In this document: piece by piece, positions 1-8,710 of the stretch
Numbering within the stretch: the first letter of the stretch is position 1
Layout of the letters: every line of letters starts with the position of its first letter
DNA from: a virus
Lineage: Duplodnaviria > Caudoviricetes
Direction: 5' to 3' (one strand)
DNA length: 41,020 nucleotides
IMG/VR virus record: IMGVR_UViG_3300032050_009126
Span: 1-41,020 of that record
Position numbers and translations under genes: made by a program
The notes under the pieces: generated by a model
What the model was told of the DNA's origin: nothing
Seen by the model: only the letters and a program-made list of their open reading frames with translations
Database searches by the model: none

Positions 1-1
1 T

Positions 2-1777
2 TTGAACTTTGCTAACAATAGCGTCTGCTAAATCTTGGATTAATTGCTTATCTGCAAAACTTAATAGATACAAAGCATTGTTTGTACTTTCCATTGCTGC
101 GTTTGCAACCGGAACTAATGTTTTAGCATTTGGAGTAGATCCATCTGTTAATTCATTTAATCCAGATACTTGGCGCATCATATCCAAAGTGTTTTGTAAC
201 TCTTGATATAGTTGACCAAACACCGCCAATTGACCTGATGCTTCAATAGATACAGGCTTGTAATTAGGGTTTTGACTTAGCAAGTCTGTTGATCTGTAAG
301 GAACAACAAAGTTTGAGAAAATAAAATCCATAACTTTTGTTGGGTTCATTTTTTCTCCACCACCACCAAAGTCAACCCCTTCAAGCGCATTTAAGTCTAT
401 GTTAATCAAATAAGGGATTAACTTATTTGACATATTTTGTAATTTGAACCAAGTAAGACTAGCTTTATCTTCAAGTGGAATCAATCTTTCAGTAATTCCA
501 GCAAAGCGCATTTTATAAAAATTCCAAGAATAAAGCTGAATATTCAATTTAGTATCCCACCAAGATGATGGCTTTCTAATTTGATTCTCTGACATACCCC
601 AATCATACATATAGTCTGTTTGGATAAGCCACTTGCACTTATAAACTACTTTACGAGTAACCGGCATAAAGATAGGTTCTGCTTGACCTTTCATGCTAAA
701 ATCGATCATGTTAGGTATAGTACCCATTTTATCAATTACGCCTTCTTTAGTTACAGATAGTTTAGTTGCGTCTTGATATTTTGTCTTTCCAAATCTTACA
801 TTACCTCTATTGTCTACTTCTTCTTTGTAAGTATAATCATTCCAAGATAAAAATTCAAAATCTAAAACAAGTACTTTAAATCTATTCCAATATTTAGAAT
901 AATCAGTGCCATACATAAAGTTCGATGGATTACCAAAACGACCTGCTACGCTTTGTACGATTTGATTCATTTGCTCTACCGTAAACCATGGCGCAAGATC
1001 TCCTACATATACTTCTCTAACTTCTCCCCAATGTACTAAATCTGAAAAATCATTTTTAGCACAATAAGATAACACCATGTTTTCAGGGTTAATCTCTCTT
1101 AATTTTACTTGACCATTTTCATCAATATATTCTGTATAACCGCCCATTCCAAAATCAAAAAGATTTTCTATTGTGCGTTTTCTTTTTTCATCAAATTTAT
1201 TTTGATACATAGCTAAAGATGCTGCCATCTCTGCTTCCATAGACATCACGTGCTTATATCCAAATTGCTCCTCCATCTTCAATTGCTCTAGATCTTGTGC
1301 TTCACCCGGCTGAGGCGCTAACACTGGGCTATTAAGTAATTCTTGATTGCCTGCTTTTTGCGCTGCTTCTCTCATTAAAATCTTTACCTTCATTTCGGTA
1401 AAGTAATTATCTTCTTCGCTTTTAGCAATTGGATCTACTGCAAATGCATTTATCGCATATCTTCTTTGAACTAATTTTGATATTGCTATCTCTCTAAACT
1501 TTGTTAAAAAAGATGGCGGAGTCCAATCAATGTTCAACCAAGTTTTATCTTGTTGCTCATCTACGTTTAAAAGTTTTTTATATTTAGTTGTACTTTGTCT
1601 ACCTAATGCATATTCTCTAATTTCGTTCATTTTGGATTGACCAAAATTTAACATATTGTTAGGAACATACCCTCTTGAATCACCCCACGCAGCTTTGCAG
1701 TATTGTAATATCCAATCATAAGATTTCTCTCTTGGATCTATTTGTTGATTTGGATACGTATTTGTCGCCTGTTGCAT
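2..1777 (-). CDS. Portal protein (3' end beyond window edge; absent from ORF track)
   Basis: ATG at 1777 overlaps the HNH stop (TAATG). It translates as MQQATNTYPNQQIDPREKSYDWILQYCKAAW...IREYALGRQSTTKYKKLL...WLNIDWTPPSFLTKF..., resembling Bacteroidota-phage/crAss-like portal N-termini. The frame appears to run to the edge and lies downstream of terL. Confidence 0.8.
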   Translation of the reverse strand, partial: MQQATNTYPNQQIDPREKSYDWILQYCKAAWGDSRGYVPNNMLNFGQSKMNEIREYALGRQSTTKYKKLLNVDEQQDKTWLNIDWTPPSFLTKFREIAISKLVQRRYAINAFAVDPIAKSEEDNYFTEMKVKILMREAAQKAGNQELLNSPVLAPQPGEAQDLEQLKMEEQFGYKHVMSMEAEMAASLAMYQNKFDEKRKRTIENLFDFGMGGYTEYIDENGQVKLREINPENMVLSYCAKNDFSDLVHWGEVREVYVGDLAPWFTVEQMNQIVQSVAGRFGNPSNFMYGTDYSKYWNRFKVLVLDFEFLSWNDYTYKEEVDNRGNVRFGKTKYQDATKLSVTKEGVIDKMGTIPNMIDFSMKGQAEPIFMPVTRKVVYKCKWLIQTDYMYDWGMSENQIRKPSSWWDTKLNIQLYSWNFYKMRFAGITERLIPLEDKASLTWFKLQNMSNKLIPYLINIDLNALEGVDFGGGGEKMNPTKVMDFIFSNFVVPYRSTDLLSQNPNYKPVSIEASGQLAVFGQLYQELQNTLDMMRQVSGLNELTDGSTPNAKTLVPVANAAMESTNNALYLLSFADKQLIQDLADAIVSKVQ

Positions 1778-2298
1778 TATATAAATCTTATTGATGTATT
1801 ATTTAATGTCCTTCCTTTCAATCTATTTTTTAATTGGCTATATGTCATATTTTTAGCATCTGCTGCATCTTTCATGCAATAATAAAAAATGCCAGTTTCC
1901 ATATCTATAACACACTTTTTTCTAGAACTTTCTGATCTATATTTTTTATTCCAATAACCTTCACCCTTTTTTTGCAAAACGAGCAAATTGTTGTCAATTG
2001 CATGACGATTGTTTTCTTTCCTCGTATTCCACTCTAAATTGATTACCGTATTATTTATTTTATTACCATCAATATGGTTAACCTCTAATTTATTCTGCGG
2101 ATTTTCTATAAAATGTTTAGCAACTATTCTATGCAATTTAAATGTTTTTGGGATACCTTGACTGTATAATGTTACATGATAATATCCTTTTTTAGTCAAA
2201 TTGGGTTTTAAGATTTTATTAATACTTCTTACATTACCTAAGTTACTAACTTGATAAGATTCTTCATAACCAACAATATCTTTCCAAACTTCTTGCAT
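1777..2298 (-). CDS. NUMOD4-HNH homing endonuclease
   Basis: EVWKDIVGYEESYQVSNLGNVRS (NUMOD4); HRIVAKHF...VNHIDGNKINN..NLEW (HNH). Confidence 0.92.
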   Translation of the reverse strand: MQEVWKDIVGYEESYQVSNLGNVRSINKILKPNLTKKGYYHVTLYSQGIPKTFKLHRIVAKHFIENPQNKLEVNHIDGNKINNTVINLEWNTRKENNRHAIDNNLLVLQKKGEGYWNKKYRSESSRKKCVIDMETGIFYYCMKDAADAKNMTYSQLKNRLKGRTLNNTSIRFI

Positions 2299-2306
2299 AT
2301 TTTAAC

Positions 2307-2314
2307 CAAAATTA
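2307..2314 (-). promoter_or_regulatory. Bacteroidota -7 promoter element TAATTTTG upstream of HNH/portal
   Basis: Matches TAnnTTTG just upstream of the ATG at 2298 in an AT-rich gap. Confidence 0.55.
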
Positions 2315-2358
2315 ATTAAAAGTAAATAAAAAAAACAAATTAAATTATATTAATTAAT

Positions 2359-2904
2359 TTAATATAATTTTCTGCCTTCCAATAAACTATCATAATTCAT
2401 TTCCATTTTTGTGTTATATGAAAATCCGTTGTATTGAATAGCGATAAAAGGATCGGAAACCACATACTTGCCCAAGCCCCCTAGCGCACGGTCTATATGC
2501 TCATCTAAAGGCGTATTTAGGTATGTATCGTAAAACTTGCTGTTGACTATGTAGCAATGGAATCCGGTAAAATTATCTACTGTTTGATCTTCACGAATCT
2601 CCCCAATGTATATACCACTTAAATATATATCAAAATCTAATGGCTTATTTCTTAAAAAGTACGAAAAACTATCCGGATTGGTAAAGTGAACGTCATCCTC
2701 CATTATGCATATTTCAGGCAAACCTGTGTCTTTGGCATACTGAACGCACTGCTTATGGGCTAAATTAATTGCCCTTTTAACTGAATGAGAATCATATACG
2801 GCAGGGAAAAAAGAAAAGTCTTTGATGCCCTGCTCTTTAAATTCGTTCATTAACCTGTCAAATCGATCACTAGCATCAAAATTATGAATTACCGCTATCT
2901 TCAT
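2359..2904 (-). CDS. Glycosyltransferase, GT25-like
   Basis: N-terminal DRFDRL, AINLAHK, ICIMEDDV, FDIYLSG pattern. Confidence 0.72.
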   Translation of the reverse strand: MKIAVIHNFDASDRFDRLMNEFKEQGIKDFSFFPAVYDSHSVKRAINLAHKQCVQYAKDTGLPEICIMEDDVHFTNPDSFSYFLRNKPLDFDIYLSGIYIGEIREDQTVDNFTGFHCYIVNSKFYDTYLNTPLDEHIDRALGGLGKYVVSDPFIAIQYNGFSYNTKMEMNYDSLLEGRKLY

Positions 2905-3703
2905 TTAGCTTCTGTATTATGTTGTTTAATGCGCCTTGGTAAGTATAATACTTATTGTATATTTCTTTAATCTTTAGTTGCTTTTCAACTATATCTATAC
3001 TTGGGATACTGTTTAAAATTGGGACTATCCTATGAGCATCTTCGGCTTTTATGATTACCCCATAATCTTCAAAATTAGCATCAAAGCAATTAACAAACTC
3101 ATCGCTGATGTAAACAGGTATAGTTTCGTATTGGAGGCACTCAGCGATTCTAAAGCTATTTAAACCATACCCTCTAGGGCATAATCCGAATATAGACTTA
3201 CTAATAATGCCACAAAACCTATTTACATCGTGCTGCTCTTGAGATATGTAATAATCCGCGTTTTGAATATTAAACACATAATTTCTTATTGGGTGAGTAT
3301 TGGTGCCAACAAAAGAAGCAAAAATTGTTTTTTTACCATTCCACTTAAAACTGTGTGGCATACAAAGCAAAGGTATTTCTACCCCTTCTTTCTTGCTCAT
3401 ATTAAATACCAAAATATCTAAATCTTTAAAGTCAACCAAAACCCCATCATCATATTGGCAAATAGTCCAATATTGCTGATTTCTCGGTAACGCATCTACA
3501 TAGTCTTGCAGGCTTTTTCTAGCTACTGGATCATTCCCGTAGTTGTTATTTACATGATACGATGTCCAATGGATTCTTAAATATGCCCTGCCATTAAACT
3601 CTGGTATAAATCTATTTGAAACCCATTCTTCAAAAATGGTATAATTTTCAAAAGGATAAACCGTGTTTATGGTAGGCATAAACTCCTTCGGTACGTCTAT
3701 CAT
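2882..3703 (-). CDS. Exostosin-family (GT47-like) glycosyltransferase
   Basis: ASFVGTNTHPIR and SIFGLCPRGYGLNSFRIAECLQYETIPVYI motifs. Confidence 0.8.
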   Translation of the reverse strand: MIDVPKEFMPTINTVYPFENYTIFEEWVSNRFIPEFNGRAYLRIHWTSYHVNNNYGNDPVARKSLQDYVDALPRNQQYWTICQYDDGVLVDFKDLDILVFNMSKKEGVEIPLLCMPHSFKWNGKKTIFASFVGTNTHPIRNYVFNIQNADYYISQEQHDVNRFCGIISKSIFGLCPRGYGLNSFRIAECLQYETIPVYISDEFVNCFDANFEDYGVIIKAEDAHRIVPILNSIPSIDIVEKQLKIKEIYNKYYTYQGALNNIIQKLNEDSGNS

Positions 3704-4335
3704 ATATTATATTTTCTTACATAAAGCGCGTCAGTCCATGTATCTGCAACCCAACTACCCGTTTCAACTCTTTCAAAACCTCGTTGCAGCATAAAATAAT
3801 CTAAATCATCAATTAACATACATCCCTTATATGTTTCTTTCATATTAACTTCTAACAATGCATAATCTATATTTTTAATCAAATCCCCCATACCCTCAAT
3901 AGCCAAATGCTCTGCTCCTTGGAGGTCTACATTCAAAAAGTTGACATTCGTAAAATCACATTTTTCAAGTAATTTATCTGCTCTGATTGTTTTCATTGCA
4001 ATCTGTTCTATGTAATGTACTTCTGGATGGATAAGTATATGGGTACCAAGCTCTAGCATTGATGAACTCTGGCTTTCGTTATTAGATACATTAAAAACAA
4101 TTTCTTCACCATTAACATTACTCAAACAAGCATTAAATGCTTTTTGTTTTTTATATGGCGCAATATTTTCAATTAACTTTTCATAAACAGATGGTATTGC
4201 TTCAACCCAATATACATCCCCTTTACAATAGTTATCGTATTCATTTTTTTCTTGACCATAAGATGCACCAAGATGCAACACCCCTTTTATATCCAACTTA
4301 TGCTTATTGACTAGATAGTCAAATGATATCATCAT
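3700..4335 (-). CDS. FkbM-family SAM-dependent methyltransferase
   Basis: GVLHLGASYGQE, WVEAIP, FLNVDLQGAEHLAIEG, LEVN motifs. Confidence 0.88.
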   Translation of the reverse strand: MMISFDYLVNKHKLDIKGVLHLGASYGQEKNEYDNYCKGDVYWVEAIPSVYEKLIENIAPYKKQKAFNACLSNVNGEEIVFNVSNNESQSSSMLELGTHILIHPEVHYIEQIAMKTIRADKLLEKCDFTNVNFLNVDLQGAEHLAIEGMGDLIKNIDYALLEVNMKETYKGCMLIDDLDYFMLQRGFERVETGSWVADTWTDALYVRKYNI

Positions 4336-5345
4336 ATACTTTTGCTTTTATGTTTATTAACTTCTAATTCAACCCAATTATATAATTTAACCATGCCTTC
4401 CTCAAGCGGCTTTGTTGGACGCCACCCTGTTACCTTTTCTACCAATTCATTGTTTGAATTTCTACCTCTAACGCCTAATGCATTTGATTCAACATTTTTA
4501 ATTGTTAAAGTTTTGCCTGAAATTTTAATAACCATTTTAGCCAAGTCATTAATTGATATCATTTCATCTGAGCCAATATTAACAGGATAGACATAATCTG
4601 ATTGCATCAATGCTTTTACACCATCCAAACATTCGTCAATGAATAAAAAACTACGCTGTTGTAAACCATCACCAAATATTTCAATTTCTCCGCCATCTTT
4701 TGCTTCTGCTACTTTCCTACATACTGCTGCTGGAGCTTTTTCTCTGCCGTCTTTGTAAGTACATTCAGGTGAAAATATGTTATGGAAACGACCAATTCTT
4801 ACATCTAAATTTTTGTTTCTTCTGAAAGAATCATAAATCTGTTCTGATAATAGCTTCTCAATGCCGTAGACACTATCTGGTTTACCATCCCAAGCTGAAT
4901 CTTCTTTTAATGATGCGCTATCTAATGACTCTTGCAATCTTTCGCTATAAGCACAAGCGCTTGATGAAAAAAATAATTTTTTAACTCCGTATTCTGATGC
5001 AGCCTTTGCCACATTTAAATTAATCATTGTTGAATCATATATAATATCTGCATCGTTAACCCCTGTAAATACATACAAAGCGCCTCCCATATCGGCAGCT
5101 AATTGATACACCTCATCAAACGCATTAACATTATCATGCCATGTTGTTTGCTGGGGATTCCATAAAGCCTTTGATACATTTGATGGATTACGCAAATCTA
5201 AAATAAATGCTTCATCTGCTTCAGACTTTGAAAATTCAGGTTGTTTAACATCTACTGATCTCACCCAATAGCCTTCGCTTTTTAATCTTTTTACTAATTG
5301 CATTCCGATCATCCCATGACCGCCTAATACACAAGCTGTTTTCAT
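4332..5345 (-). CDS. GDP-mannose 3,5-epimerase-like NAD-dependent epimerase
   Basis: GGHGMIG Rossmann motif, QLAADMGG, SSSACAY (catalytic Cys), YGIEK (YxxxK), REKAPAAVCRK (catalytic Lys region), VRGRNS. Confidence 0.88.
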   Translation of the reverse strand: MKTACVLGGHGMIGMQLVKRLKSEGYWVRSVDVKQPEFSKSEADEAFILDLRNPSNVSKALWNPQQTTWHDNVNAFDEVYQLAADMGGALYVFTGVNDADIIYDSTMINLNVAKAASEYGVKKLFFSSSACAYSERLQESLDSASLKEDSAWDGKPDSVYGIEKLLSEQIYDSFRRNKNLDVRIGRFHNIFSPECTYKDGREKAPAAVCRKVAEAKDGGEIEIFGDGLQQRSFLFIDECLDGVKALMQSDYVYPVNIGSDEMISINDLAKMVIKISGKTLTIKNVESNALGVRGRNSNNELVEKVTGWRPTKPLEEGMVKLYNWVELEVNKHKSKSI

Positions 5346-5346
5346 A

Positions 5347-5949
5347 TTAAAATTTATTTAGTTTTAAATACCATTGTTTTTTAAACCACCATAATCCCCA
5401 TCCGTTAGCAGTTTCTTCTGAATGTAAAACTTTTTCTGTTTCAAATTCTCTATCTGCAATATCTGCTCTAGTAAATGTTTTTGGCACAATTTGACTTACT
5501 GCTCTATTTACTTCGTCTGCATTAAAATCATGGCCTGCAAGTATGCCTTCGTCTTTTACTTTATTATACCATTCAATTACCTCTTGTTTTGTTTCTTTGT
5601 ATGTGTGTGATGAATCAATGTAAACAAAATCTAAAAAACCATCATTAAACATTTTAGCACAATCTAAACTTGCATAAGGCATTACTTCTATATAATCACC
5701 CAAACCACTTTTTATAATGTTTTCGTATATGGTTTTCATTTGAAAAAAACCACCGTAGCCCATATTGTCTATTGCATAAATTTTAAAATCTTTACCCAAG
5801 TTTTTTAATTCTTGTGCTAAATATATAACACTATCGCCATTTGCAACACCGACTTCTGCTAGTCGTGCGTTGTTGGGTAACTCTTTTGCAATTCTTTGAT
5901 AGAAATGCTGAAAATCAAACATAATTAAATCATTCATAATTTTATCCAT
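5347..5949 (-). CDS. Class I SAM methyltransferase (Methyltransf_24-like)
   Basis: AEVGVANGDS, DFVYIDSSHTY, GILAGHDF motifs. Confidence 0.82.
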   Translation of the reverse strand: MDKIMNDLIMFDFQHFYQRIAKELPNNARLAEVGVANGDSVIYLAQELKNLGKDFKIYAIDNMGYGGFFQMKTIYENIIKSGLGDYIEVMPYASLDCAKMFNDGFLDFVYIDSSHTYKETKQEVIEWYNKVKDEGILAGHDFNADEVNRAVSQIVPKTFTRADIADREFETEKVLHSEETANGWGLWWFKKQWYLKLNKF

Positions 5950-6671
5950 TCAGGTTTAACAATATCGCTAGTGTCTAATCCGCACCATCCCTCACTAAAC
6001 CAAAATTGCGGAAAGATTACTTTTTTATCTTCATTTTTATTTAAATACGCACCCCACCAAGAGAATGTAGATGGTGAACATATTTGATGCTCACACCAGC
6101 TCATTTCTACAAGATCGGATTGCTCGTCTGTATTTCCAGAATATTCACAATCGCTTCTATGCGCAAACGCTTCCATACACCAAGAAATGTCATCAGAAAA
6201 GAATTTAAACTTATAATCAGGAAACATACTCATGGCTTTTTCATACCATTCTATCGTTACCTCCGGATGCTTATCTCTTAATGTAACGTAATCGCCGCGT
6301 CTTACATGGACAGAAACATAGCCATCCATTTTTTTATATGGGAAATTTAACAAGTAAATTATTTCATTACGATAGTTGTCAAAATATTTAGCTGTCTGCC
6401 TGTAACCTTCAATAATTATATTCTTGTCTTTCCAAGATGGATTGTATGGTAATTCTTCGTAAGAATGTTTTGTTTCCCATAAGTGAACTTTTTCAAGTCC
6501 GGGATTATAGCTATCATTAATTAAATGCGAGCAATAGATGGGGTTCCATTTTGGGTTGCTAGTTTCATTTGGAACGGTAAAATTTAAGTCATGCTGTAAC
6601 GCATAAGCCATAGCCGTAGCGCATTCAAACATCCAGTTGCCGAGGCGGCCCGCATTATTAAAAGTTACCAT
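5934..6671 (-). CDS. Alpha-1,2-fucosyltransferase-like, GT11
   Basis: GRLGNWMF, SVHVRRGDY, FFSDD, STFSWWGAYL motifs. Confidence 0.92.
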   Translation of the reverse strand: MVTFNNAGRLGNWMFECATAMAYALQHDLNFTVPNETSNPKWNPIYCSHLINDSYNPGLEKVHLWETKHSYEELPYNPSWKDKNIIIEGYRQTAKYFDNYRNEIIYLLNFPYKKMDGYVSVHVRRGDYVTLRDKHPEVTIEWYEKAMSMFPDYKFKFFSDDISWCMEAFAHRSDCEYSGNTDEQSDLVEMSWCEHQICSPSTFSWWGAYLNKNEDKKVIFPQFWFSEGWCGLDTSDIVKPEWIKL

Positions 6672-6672
6672 G

Positions 6673-7377
6673 TTAAATATGTTTCCAGATTTTATTATTA
6701 ATTACATCAAGTACATTCGTTTTGCTTATGCTATATTCTTTTGCCAAAATTGTTGAAGAATATTTACCAGATTTGTGTTTCTGTCTAATTTCTAAAACTT
6801 TAATATTATTTAATTTTGACTTACCATGAAATTCGCCCCTATTATCAATCTTATTTTTTAAAGTATCACTTATTTTCTTTTTATTTTCTTCAGTTCTAAC
6901 CTTCCCAATATTCATTTTACCCATCTTAATAGCTTGCTCAGAGGTTCTATATTTTGCAAAAATTTCATCAAGGTGCTTAGGCATTTTTTTACCTAAATTA
7001 GATTTTCTTAAAGCCTCTCTAGTTGAATCCGGCATCTTTTTGCCTATCTTTTTTGCAGTTAGTTTGTCAATAAGCTCTTTGGACATTTTGCCTCCATAAT
7101 TACCTCCATCTCTTAAATTAAACAATTTGATATTTGCAGACTTGTAAAAATCAATATATAGTATTTCGTATTCATTCAAAACGTCTTGATCTATGTCAAT
7201 AGGCAACATATGCAAAATTTCAAATTCATGATTTTCATACCCATGTTTTTTAAAAGAATTTTTTAAAAACTGGTTTTTGCAAGACGACTTGTGTTGTCTA
7301 AATCTAGCGCTTATATTAGTACTTTGCCCAATATAAACGTTTTTAGATGGAGATGTTATTTTATAAATACCCTGCAT
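6673..7377 (-). CDS. GIY-YIG homing endonuclease with NUMOD3-like repeats and C-terminal HTH
   Basis: GIYKITSPSKNVYIGQS..R; FNLRDGG; basic repeats; GEFHGKSKL...LAKEYSISKTNV. Confidence 0.9.
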   Translation of the reverse strand: MQGIYKITSPSKNVYIGQSTNISARFRQHKSSCKNQFLKNSFKKHGYENHEFEILHMLPIDIDQDVLNEYEILYIDFYKSANIKLFNLRDGGNYGGKMSKELIDKLTAKKIGKKMPDSTREALRKSNLGKKMPKHLDEIFAKYRTSEQAIKMGKMNIGKVRTEENKKKISDTLKNKIDNRGEFHGKSKLNNIKVLEIRQKHKSGKYSSTILAKEYSISKTNVLDVINNKIWKHI

Positions 7378-7397
7378 AGGGGATAAAGTTAATTAAT

Positions 7398-8093
7398 TTA
7401 ATTTAATTCCCTAATTTTTTCTATTAATTTTTCTCTAAAATCTCCTGTTCTTTGCACATTGTTTATGTAATGCGATTGATCATGGACTAAGTGATTATAT
7501 CTTAACCCGTCAACTATGTGGATTGTTCGCCCTGACATTAGCCAATTGTAATTCTGAAACAAGCTATCGCTAGTAACCGGATCTATTTCCGCATCCCATA
7601 CCTCGCAATAAGAATGTTTATTTACAAAATAGTTCATGCAGTTTAAGCAAGTTTCAAACATTGGCTTGTCTATATACTCGGATAGGTTATCCTTGGTTAC
7701 AAATAGGTTAGCGTATTCTGTGTAATTAAACATTGGCATTGCCCAATCTGGTGCTAATACCGTGTCCTTATCCCACTCTTGCTCATATATTTTATCCAAA
7801 TAGTCAGTGTCTATCTCATTGTCAGAATCAAGTATAATGCAATAGTCTGTTGTTGATAGGCTTATAGCCACATACTTGTTTGCATAACAATCTCTGTTGC
7901 TTAGATTTCTAAATAGTTTAACCTTCTTTAGCTTATCACATTCTTGCTTTAATTGGTTATAAATAGGTAAATCACTCATATCATCCACTATTACAATATT
8001 TTTAACACGAGGATCGTCATATACCTTACTAAAACTTTTTAATGTCATTTCTACCCTATTCCAAGTTGGGATACATATACATATTTCTCTCAT
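7398..8093 (-). CDS. Glycosyltransferase family 2
   Basis: ICIPTWNR, IVIVDDMS, IILDSD (DxD). Confidence 0.85.
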   Translation of the reverse strand: MREICICIPTWNRVEMTLKSFSKVYDDPRVKNIVIVDDMSDLPIYNQLKQECDKLKKVKLFRNLSNRDCYANKYVAISLSTTDYCIILDSDNEIDTDYLDKIYEQEWDKDTVLAPDWAMPMFNYTEYANLFVTKDNLSEYIDKPMFETCLNCMNYFVNKHSYCEVWDAEIDPVTSDSLFQNYNWLMSGRTIHIVDGLRYNHLVHDQSHYINNVQRTGDFREKLIEKIRELN

Positions 8094-8710
8094 AAATTTC
8101 CTAGTTTTTGATAATATCTTTGTTCTATAAATGGTTGCCAGTCAATAAAGGTATTGCCTATATCTGATACGCCCGGCCTTTGAGTGCATAAAAGTGGATA
8201 AGTAATGTAAGTTGTGCCATGACATTGTATCTTATTTACAATACAATTGTCTATCGGTGCTTCTAAAACTGCCATTAATATCTCCTTCATTCCATGCAAT
8301 GATATAGCCCAAGCATGAGTGGCATATGCGTTTTCTACTAATAAAAGGTTAGGTGAGGCTCTCAACTTAAACCCCGTAGTGCATTGCGCCCCAAGATAAA
8401 GTATATCCCATATAAGAGGTAATTGCTTTACAACTTCATTCATTGTATCGTTAGGGTTACCACAAGAGTCAACAAACATAGCGTCATCTTCAAATATCAA
8501 GACTGACTCCCATTCGTTCTTTATCGCTTCTCTAAATATCTTCTCTACTGTAATGCGCAAGCCTTCTGCTCCATTTTCATGCTTTGTGGCGTTAATCAAT
8601 TCGTATGGAATATCCCATTTGTAAAGCTGCTCTGCAATCTCTATTAGCCTATCTGTCCTTTCCGGCAAGTTTATGACAAATATTTTAGTAAAAAAGTTAG
8701 TCCAAGACAT
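8090..8710 (-). CDS. Glycosyltransferase family 25
   Basis: FVINLPERTDR, LIFEDDA, WDILYLG, THAWAIS. Confidence 0.88.
   Translation of the reverse strand: MSWTNFFTKIFVINLPERTDRLIEIAEQLYKWDIPYELINATKHENGAEGLRITVEKIFREAIKNEWESVLIFEDDAMFVDSCGNPNDTMNEVVKQLPLIWDILYLGAQCTTGFKLRASPNLLLVENAYATHAWAISLHGMKEILMAVLEAPIDNCIVNKIQCHGTTYITYPLLCTQRPGVSDIGNTFIDWQPFIEQRYYQKLGNL

Noticed and set aside
6668-6676. 9-nt complement (CCATGTTAA) between sRNA 2 and the GT11 start
   Set aside because: Too short for an AT-rich genome and may lie partly upstream of the true transcription start
1777-7377. Group I introns hosting the endonucleases
   Set aside because: Flanking genes look intact and the intergenic gaps are too short for a ribozyme core
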